The translations under genes and the position numbers were made by a program. Shown here piece after piece: positions 57,713 through 64,000 of a stretch of DNA of 64,000 nucleotides. Source of the stretch: Candidatus Latescibacterota bacterium (GTDB lineage Bacteria; Latescibacterota; UBA2968; UBA8231); contig OY730476.1 in assembly GCA_963422735.1 (NCBI GenBank), positions 2,688,001 through 2,752,000 of the forward strand. The letters run 5' to 3'. Positions within the stretch are counted from its first letter, which is position 1. Each line of letters begins with the position of its first letter. A model generated the notes under the pieces. That model had not been told where the DNA came from. It did not search any database and saw nothing but the letters and a program-made list of their open reading frames with translations.

Positions 57713-58876
57713 TTAGTTTTGCTCCTCTTGTGCCTCTTCTCCACCGAAGAACTGCCGCTTGAGCTTTTCTTCCTCGGTCTCGGGCGGCCGGAGCTGCCAG
57801 ATGCGCTGCTGGGCCACCTTCTCCCAAGCTGGATCGGCTTTGGCTTTCTCAAAGGCGACGATGGCCCCTTCCTCGTCACCTTCCCTCACCAGATTGTCGC
57901 CCTTGAGCAGCAGTAGGTGTGCATCATCGGAATTTCCCTGCAGCCCCCGGTCCAACCACGTTTTTGCCGAGGCGAACTCGCCGCGTCCTTGGTGCCATTC
58001 CACTAGTTCAGCTATGCTCTGCAAATCCTTGGGATCGGCCTCGACCATGCCCTTGAGGCCCTTGAAGTGCATGGGGTCGTCGCCCTCTTCAGAGGCGATT
58101 GATGCGATGCGGTTGTAATAGGAATAGGCGTTCTGCGAATCCACCCTCGCTAGTTCCAACAGCGAGCCGTAGGCCCCTTTGACATCGCCGATCTCTAACT
58201 GCAGCTCGACGATGCTCTCTAGTTGGTCAGCACCGCCCGCCCCACCCTCAACTTGGCGGTGGCGCCACGCAAGAGCCTGCTCCATCTGCCCCAGCTCTTG
58301 GTGCAACACCGCAAGTATTTCAAATAGCTCGGCATCCTCGCTCCCGTCCGCAGCCAACTGTTCGTAGTGGGCGACAGCTCGCTCGTTGTGGCCTTCGCGG
58401 CGATAGAGGTCAGCTAGCTTGCGACGGTGCTCGGCCGCGTTCGGCTTTTTGAGCAGTGCGCGTTCTAAGCTCCAAGCAGCCGAATCGGAAGAGTCTGCTT
58501 GATATATCGAATAGAGAAGCAGGTTGGAATTCAGGTGCAGCGAATCGATGCTGACCGCCTGGCGCAGTGCTATGCGTGCGCCGGCGAAATCCTTTTTTTC
58601 GTAATACACCTTCCCCAAGAAGTAGGCGGCCTGCAAGTCTTGGGGACTATATTGCAGAAGAGTCGTGTAATAGCCTATGGCCCTGTCGTACTCTTTGCCT
58701 TGGCGGGCCGTCTTGGCTAAGTATTTGTACTTGCGGATTGAATCGGCTATTGCAACCTCCTGCGCTTTGGCCTCAGTACCCTGCTGGGTAAACGTGGAGC
58801 CGCTTTGTCCCGGCCCGCCACACCCCATCCAGCCGATAGCCAGTACTATGAATCCGAGCGCGATGTGCCGTTTCAT
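57713..58876 (-). CDS. TPR-repeat lipoprotein
   Basis: Lipobox-like GWMGC; several TPR-like helical repeats. Confidence 0.8.
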   Translation of the reverse strand: MKRHIALGFIVLAIGWMGCGGPGQSGSTFTQQGTEAKAQEVAIADSIRKYKYLAKTARQGKEYDRAIGYYTTLLQYSPQDLQAAYFLGKVYYEKKDFAGARIALRQAVSIDSLHLNSNLLLYSIYQADSSDSAAWSLERALLKKPNAAEHRRKLADLYRREGHNERAVAHYEQLAADGSEDAELFEILAVLHQELGQMEQALAWRHRQVEGGAGGADQLESIVELQLEIGDVKGAYGSLLELARVDSQNAYSYYNRIASIASEEGDDPMHFKGLKGMVEADPKDLQSIAELVEWHQGRGEFASAKTWLDRGLQGNSDDAHLLLLKGDNLVREGDEEGAIVAFEKAKADPAWEKVAQQRIWQLRPPETEEEKLKRQFFGGEEAQEEQN

Positions 58877-59312
58877 CTTGCCTCTCTCGTGCTATTTGAG
58901 GGGTTCCAGTTCAAATTTATTGCCCCTGTGGTTGAAAACAAAATTAAGGCGCAGATCATTGAAAAGGATATGCATCAGATTACATTTCACGGTGAGCAAT
59001 CCTCGATATGGCTACGGTCTCCGAGCCACGACAATTCGCGGTTCATTATCATTGCTTAAAGCAGCCTTCGTAGAGCCGTCAAAATATGGATTTACTGTTT
59101 GGGATGCAACTTCAAAGGCCACTTAGATTTTTAAAATAGTAACTGTGTTACATTCTTTCGGCTCGCCTCGCGTCTGCAGATTGACAAGTATTTATTTTTA
59201 ATGCACTTTTTCATTAAATATGGCAATATGGCGACGAGCGCGTTTATCCGAGCTACCGCCATCTTTACTTCGCCGGACTCGAGCGGTGGGGGCTAACCTG
59301 AGAGTAGAAGCC

Positions 59313-60167
59313 TTGAACTGGTTTGAAAAAATGAAAACGGGGATCAAGTCCCTAATAAAGCGCGAAATTCCCCAAGGTATTTGGATCAAGTGCAAAAAGT
59401 GTAGCCGCTCCAACTACGAGGTGGCCCTGCGACGCAGACACTGGATTTGCCCGGAGTGCTCCTTCCACTATCCCATCGGCCCGCAGCAATACATTGACAT
59501 CCTCGTTGATGACGGCACCTTTGCCGAAATTGACCCGGACGTGATGCCCGTTGACCCACTCAAGTTCAAAGGCTATAAGGACAAAATCAAGAAGGGGCGG
59601 CGCGAAAGCGGCACTAAGGAATCAGTGTGCATCGGCGTCGGCCAGATCGACGGGCAACCCATTGCCCTCGCAGTTATGGACACACGCTACCTCATGGGCA
59701 CTTTGGGCGGCGCGACCGGCGAAAAGATCTGCCGCCTCATCGACCGCGCCATTGCCGAGCACCGCACCCTAATCGTCATCTGCCAGTCGGCTGGGGCCAG
59801 AATGCAGGAGAGTGCCTATTCTCTGATGCAGATGGCCCGAATCAGTGCCAAGCTCAACCAGCTTTCCCAAAACGGCTTGCTCTACATCGCCATTCTCACC
59901 GACCCGACCTACGGAGGGGTTACCGCCAGCTTCGCCATGCTCGGCGACATCTCCCTGGCCGAACCAGGAGCGCGCATTGGGTTTGCCGGGCCAGCCGTCA
60001 TCCAGCAATTCCTCGGCACGGAGGCCCCTTTTCCCGCGGGCTTTCAGAAAGCCGAGACCGTCCTCGAACACGGCTTCATCGACCGCATCGTCCCGCGCGA
60101 TCGCATGGCGGCGGAACTAGCGTGCTTGATCGCACTTTTGGTACCGAAGACTGCCAGCCACGCCTAG
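59313..60167 (+). CDS. accD: Acetyl-CoA carboxylase carboxyltransferase beta subunit
   Basis: TTG start giving MNWF; WIKCKKC...CPEC Zn finger; GARMQE...LMQMA; PTYGGVTASFA; IGFAG. Confidence 0.95.
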   Translation: MNWFEKMKTGIKSLIKREIPQGIWIKCKKCSRSNYEVALRRRHWICPECSFHYPIGPQQYIDILVDDGTFAEIDPDVMPVDPLKFKGYKDKIKKGRRESGTKESVCIGVGQIDGQPIALAVMDTRYLMGTLGGATGEKICRLIDRAIAEHRTLIVICQSAGARMQESAYSLMQMARISAKLNQLSQNGLLYIAILTDPTYGGVTASFAMLGDISLAEPGARIGFAGPAVIQQFLGTEAPFPAGFQKAETVLEHGFIDRIVPRDRMAAELACLIALLVPKTASHA

Positions 60168-61477
60168 AAGTTCTGTCCTAGGCTTAGCCAGATATCCATT
60201 TGCTCGTCGGCGACGCCCGTACCCATGCGGATCACGAGATCCGCATCCCAGACCATTCGCACCCCCGCGCCGCCGCTGACGTGCATACCCGACCACCCGA
60301 TCTGATCCAAATCGGGCCATACCCGGCCCGAATCGAAGAAGACCATCCCCTGCCACTCTATGTACTGCCCGTAAAACCAGATATCGTACAGTTGGTAACG
60401 CAATTCGACATTGGAGAAAAAGCGCACATCGTCTGTAAACCGCTGGGTGTCGAAACCCCGCAGCGAATCGCTGCCGCCCAACCCCTTGACCCGGCGACTG
60501 CCCCCAATCTCGCCATAGGCGTAGAGGGGGACTTCGCCACTGAGTACCTCTAGCACGAGACGATAGGAGAAATTTACCCGAGGCGAGAGCGGGATGTAGT
60601 AGGCGTTGGTCAGGGTCACGCGGCTAAAATCAATAGGCTCGAAGAACAGCGCCAGCAGCGAGTTCCGCGCCGACTCGTATGACCATTCCTGAAAGAAGCC
60701 GCGCCGCGGCACCACTTCGTCGTCGCGGGTATCCCACTGGAGAGACGCACTGATAAACCCCGCAAACCCGTCTATCACTCCGTCTGGGGTGCCCCGCTCT
60801 AAATAAAATGCCTGTGTCCCCCGCTGGTCCACATCGACGCGCTCCAGCCCAAAACCGACCGACATGGATACCGGACCGTACAACTGGCGAAAAAGGCTCA
60901 CCAATATCCGCGGGTTTCTTTCTAGAATGTAGTAGTAGTAGTTCTCGTCTTTGAAATCAGCGCTATTAGGCTTGATGAAGTCTCGATTGAATGCGCTGTC
61001 GTTGCCCAACCCATAGTAGCGCGTACGCAGATTGCGCTCGCGGACTAACTCTAGCTCCAAGCCGAAACCCGTCCCCGAAATCCGGGGGACCTTCAATCGC
61101 ACACGGTTTTTTAATTTTCCCTCAGAGGACTGCTGTACGTGCAGGGTCAGCTTGTAGAGATAGGGCTGATGCCGATAGTCGGCCCAATGTACACGTGCTC
61201 CCCAATTCCAGCCCGTGTTGGGGCTGAGAAAGGCGAAAGGAAGGCCGGTTACGCCGTAGGGAATGCCCCGCAAGGTAAACTGGCGTCGCTTTGCCATCCA
61301 GCGCACGGCTTCCACGGTCTGCTCGGTCGCCGACCGCGAGACTTTAGCCAGCAACGGGGACGAAGGCTGGCTGTGGGTGGAATCGACGCGAACCTCTTCC
61401 CCGCCCCACGCGCCCTCTGCGAACAATAGGACGCCGATACAACCGCCGTTTGTGAGAAGCCGCTTAACCACGACCAC
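60164..61477 (-). CDS. BamA/TamA (Omp85) family outer-membrane protein without evident POTRA domains
   Basis: WDTRD...PRRG, LGGSDSLRGF...RF, FFDSGRVW, C-terminal LGQNF. Confidence 0.85.
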   Translation of the reverse strand: MVVVKRLLTNGGCIGVLLFAEGAWGGEEVRVDSTHSQPSSPLLAKVSRSATEQTVEAVRWMAKRRQFTLRGIPYGVTGLPFAFLSPNTGWNWGARVHWADYRHQPYLYKLTLHVQQSSEGKLKNRVRLKVPRISGTGFGLELELVRERNLRTRYYGLGNDSAFNRDFIKPNSADFKDENYYYYILERNPRILVSLFRQLYGPVSMSVGFGLERVDVDQRGTQAFYLERGTPDGVIDGFAGFISASLQWDTRDDEVVPRRGFFQEWSYESARNSLLALFFEPIDFSRVTLTNAYYIPLSPRVNFSYRLVLEVLSGEVPLYAYGEIGGSRRVKGLGGSDSLRGFDTQRFTDDVRFFSNVELRYQLYDIWFYGQYIEWQGMVFFDSGRVWPDLDQIGWSGMHVSGGAGVRMVWDADLVIRMGTGVADEQMDIWLSLGQNF

Positions 61478-62324
61478 CTCGCTTCACTGAGCCTTCAGGC
61501 GTGAAAACGCCGCGCTCAAAGCGCTGGCGATCAACCGAGCTTATTGGGGCACTGAGCGAATAGCGGAGCGGCGTAATCGCGATCGCGCCGTGCGCCAGGG
61601 CCTCCACATCGCTGTTAACTCCATCGCCGACCAACTGCGACCGGCAGCTATGGTATTCAAAGTGCGGCTCGGCCGCGTGCCGGGCAAATAGCGGACCATA
61701 GCTCGTCTTCGCCAAGCCCGTCAGGCATCTCGGGGATTCGCGCCTAGTACTGGCGGGCATGTTCACCGCAATCATGTCGGCACCAGCGGGCAACCCCCCG
61801 CGCAAGATCTCGGCGGCGATGTCGGCAGTGACAGCCGCCGCTGCCACGACCAGCGCATCGAGCGCGGGATCCAGTCGCCGCGACCGCCGCCAAAGGGCAA
61901 AGGCCGGTCCGGGCAGTTCCAGCGAAAAAGCCGCGGACGGCACCCCGGCGAGAAAGCCCTCGACCGCCGCCCCTATGGTGCCGGAACTCAGCGCGAAAGC
62001 GAGGCCGGAGTTGGTGCCCATATTGATGCCGGAAACGACTAGGGCCGGCTTTGCGGAACAGAGGTTGTGAATGCCGATATTGGCGCAGTCGGCTGGCTTG
62101 CCGGTCAGCGTCTGGACGGGAAATTCGCCGCATTCGATCTCGGCCAGCACCAGCGGCTCAAAGCGGCTCATACTCTTGCTGGTCCAACTGCATTCCGCCG
62201 CCGGCACAACCACGCACAGTTCGGCCAACTCGGATAACTTCCGTAGCAAAGGCACCAAAATGGGCGAATCAGCACCGTCGTCGTTTGTCACCAATACTTG
62301 TACTTGGGATTTTACAACGGGCAC
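61464..62324 (-). CDS. surE: 5'/3'-nucleotidase SurE
   Basis: VLVTNDDG, GKPADC, VVSGINMG, SGTIGAAVEG, ITPL. Confidence 0.92.
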   Translation of the reverse strand: MPVVKSQVQVLVTNDDGADSPILVPLLRKLSELAELCVVVPAAECSWTSKSMSRFEPLVLAEIECGEFPVQTLTGKPADCANIGIHNLCSAKPALVVSGINMGTNSGLAFALSSGTIGAAVEGFLAGVPSAAFSLELPGPAFALWRRSRRLDPALDALVVAAAAVTADIAAEILRGGLPAGADMIAVNMPASTRRESPRCLTGLAKTSYGPLFARHAAEPHFEYHSCRSQLVGDGVNSDVEALAHGAIAITPLRYSLSAPISSVDRQRFERGVFTPEGSVKRGGRG

Positions 62325-62450
62325 AGGCGGACTTCCCTTCGCTATAGACGATAAACGCGCTCTGGGGTGGCGTCATTATAATAACAATCCGCCATTCGGC
62401 TCCCAACAATTTCCTTGCTTAGCTGCGGCCTGCGGTCCTATTATTTTGCT

Positions 62451-62714
62451 ATGGATGACTCCATTCTCCTACAGGAACTTGAAACCCTCGCCGAGGGGCT
62501 AGATATCGAGGTGCGCTACGACGATTTCGAAGGCCGAGGTGGGCTTTGCCGCTACGGCGGTAGGTCCTGCTTGATTGTCAACCACGAGCTCGATACTAGC
62601 ACCCGCGTACATTTGTTATGCCGTGCCCTTTCGCGGCTACCTCTCGATGCGGTCTTTATCCGTCCCCAAGTGCGGGAGCGGATCGAAAAATGTAGATCGC
62701 ACGCAGCCGCCTAA
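62451..62714 (+). CDS. Small hypothetical protein
   Basis: 87 aa; LETLAEGLDIEVRY...GGLC...IVN...FIRPQVRE; distant ImmA/IrrE-like look but no HExxH. Confidence 0.7.
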   Translation: MDDSILLQELETLAEGLDIEVRYDDFEGRGGLCRYGGRSCLIVNHELDTSTRVHLLCRALSRLPLDAVFIRPQVRERIEKCRSHAAA

Positions 62715-62810
62715 TCGCCTACAGTTCAGCCGCTGACGCGTCCTAGTTCCAGATGGGATCGCGAGCTTTCCCGACAAAATTTCACCGCCCGCAGAGCGGA
62801 CGGCCCTTCC

Positions 62811-62839
62811 TTGACAGTCCCTATCTCATGGCCTATTTT
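62811..62839 (+). promoter_or_regulatory. Sigma70-type promoter of rpmI-rplT
   Basis: TTGACA (62811-62816), 17 bp, TATTTT (62834-62839). Confidence 0.55.
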
Positions 62840-62876
62840 TTGCTCTCTTACCCAAAATCAAGACAGAAAGACCACC

Positions 62877-63074
62877 ATGCCCAAAATCAAGACGCACAAA
62901 TCCTCGGCCAAGCGCTTTAAGCAGCGCGGATCGGGCCGCCTGAAACGACGCAATGCCTATGCCACTCATCTTTTGGGCGGTCGCTCGACCAAGCGCAAAC
63001 GGGCTCTCCGCAAAAACAACCCAGTCTCGTCCGCAGACCTATCCAATGTTCGCCGTGCCCTGAACCTCAAGTAA
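62877..63074 (+). CDS. rpmI: 50S ribosomal protein L35
   Basis: MPKIKTHKSSAKRFK...H...KRKRALR. Confidence 0.97.
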   Translation: MPKIKTHKSSAKRFKQRGSGRLKRRNAYATHLLGGRSTKRKRALRKNNPVSSADLSNVRRALNLK

Positions 63075-63097
63075 GCGAGTTTAACGGAGAATAATCC

Positions 63098-63451
63098 ATG
63101 CCACGGGTAAATCACGCCGTAGCCACCAAAAAGCGAAAGAAGAAGGTACTCAAGCAATCCAAAGGTTATTGGGGCGCACGTAGCCGCCTCTTCCGCACCG
63201 CTAGAGAAGCCGTCGATCGCGCTCAAGCCTATGCCTACCGCGACCGCCGCCAGCGCAAGCGGGATTTCCGCCGCCTCTGGATTGTCCGCATCAATGCCGC
63301 CGCCCGCCGCAACGGCATGTCTTATAGCCAACTCGTCCACGGGCTGGACCAAGCCGGCGTTGCAATCAACCGCAAAGTCTTGGCCGATCTAGCCGTGCGC
63401 GATCCGGCCGCCTTTACCGCGGTAGTCGAACAAGCCCGACCCCACGTCTAA
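63098..63451 (+). CDS. rplT: 50S ribosomal protein L20
   Basis: MPRV...KGYWGARS...[24 protein letters not shown]...NRKVLADLA. Confidence 0.98.
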   Translation: MPRVNHAVATKKRKKKVLKQSKGYWGARSRLFRTAREAVDRAQAYAYRDRRQRKRDFRRLWIVRINAAARRNGMSYSQLVHGLDQAGVAINRKVLADLAVRDPAAFTAVVEQARPHV

Positions 63452-63468
63452 ATTTACACCCACCTGGC

Positions 63469-63509
63469 AAAAAAGGGGCCGGCGATACGCGCTGGGCCCT
63501 TTTTGTTTT
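63469..63509 (+). terminator. Rho-independent terminator after rplT
   Basis: AAAAAAGGGGCC...GGCCCTTTTTGTTTT. Confidence 0.7.
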
Positions 63510-63521
63510 ATATAGGTCTAT

Positions 63522-64000
63522 ATGCTAGAAGAAGTGCGACAATTAGCGTCGGTGGCCGTAGAGGAAATCGAGGCCGCCCAAGGCGATAAGGCACTGGAGG
63601 CACTGCGAGTTCATCACCTCGGGCGCAAGAGCCGGTTGCGCCGGATCGCACGACAGATCGGCCATCTGCCCGCCGCCCAACGACCAGCACTAGGGGAGGC
63701 CACCGGTCGCGCTCAAAAGGCCATTCAACAGGCTCTAGACGACAAGGCCCTGGCCCTCCGGCAGAGGGCCGAAGCGGCTTCTACCCTCGACGTAACGCTC
63801 CCGGGCCGACGGCCCCTCCTAGGCTGTGCCCACCCCTTGTCCCAGCTAACCGACGAATTGATCGGCATCTTCCAAGGCATGGGTTTTGACGTGGCCGACG
63901 GACCAGAAGCCGAGGACGAGTACCACAACTTCGATGCCCTCAACACCCCGGCCGACCACCCCGCGCGCGACCTGCACGACACCTTCTATCTAGAGAGCGG
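63522..64000 (+). CDS. pheS: Phenylalanine--tRNA ligase alpha subunit (3'-truncated by the window)
   Basis: Manual translation from ATG 63522: LRVHHLGRK...DVTLPGR...HPL...GPEAEDEYHNFDALNTPADHPARDLHDTFY. Confidence 0.96.
   Translation, partial: MLEEVRQLASVAVEEIEAAQGDKALEALRVHHLGRKSRLRRIARQIGHLPAAQRPALGEATGRAQKAIQQALDDKALALRQRAEAASTLDVTLPGRRPLLGCAHPLSQLTDELIGIFQGMGFDVADGPEAEDEYHNFDALNTPADHPARDLHDTFYLES

Noticed and set aside
58877-59312. AT-rich stretch as a foreign insert, or the small ORFs 58805..59059 and 59198..59413 as genes
   Set aside because: It is the divergent promoter region between the TPR-exbB run and accD; the ORFs have no recognisable motifs.
111-63982. The many 60-320 aa ORFs overlapping or antisense to called genes (e.g. 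111..992, 13848..14804, 20089..20997, 52924..53817)
   Set aside because: They are shadow frames typical of GC-rich DNA, with biased composition and no recognisable domains, overlapping well-supported CDSs.

Overview
Bacterial chromosomal window, about 60% GC by eye, from a diderm organism. Gene content (FlgD-Ig proteins, several CRTAC1/ASPIC-UnbV proteins, DUF6785-like permease, C-terminal TWGxIK tails) suggests an FCB-group candidate lineage such as Latescibacterota; this is inference. 1-12.5 kb is a co-oriented cluster of secreted proteins: two paralogous proteins ending in a FlgD-Ig/T9SS-CTD-like domain, two translationally coupled ~950 aa paralogues of unknown function, a separately promoted 306 aa protein with a TAVE-x-TWGxIK tail, and a double-parvulin PPIase. 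This cluster is the best candidate for an undescribed outer-membrane export or surface-display system. 12.5-28 kb holds a receptor-L-domain lipoprotein, a GT-C-type membrane protein, three CRTAC1-family proteins, a DUF6785-like permease, a fused MFS/spermidine synthase and a TPR protein. At 28.2-28.9 kb a frameshifted Tsx/DUF5020-like gene is cut off by a non-coding element resembling an IS110 left end (candidate orphan bridge RNA). The rest is catabolic and core genes (thrC, nadD, bamD, rfaE2, uxuA, thyA, xerC, topA, map, nrdJ, nrdR, exbB/exbD/tonB, accD, surE, rpmI, rplT, partial pheS), five tRNAs, a REP cluster and two heptamer-repeat elements. No CRISPR array, rRNA or intact transposase was seen. 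All family calls come from motif recognition, not database searches.
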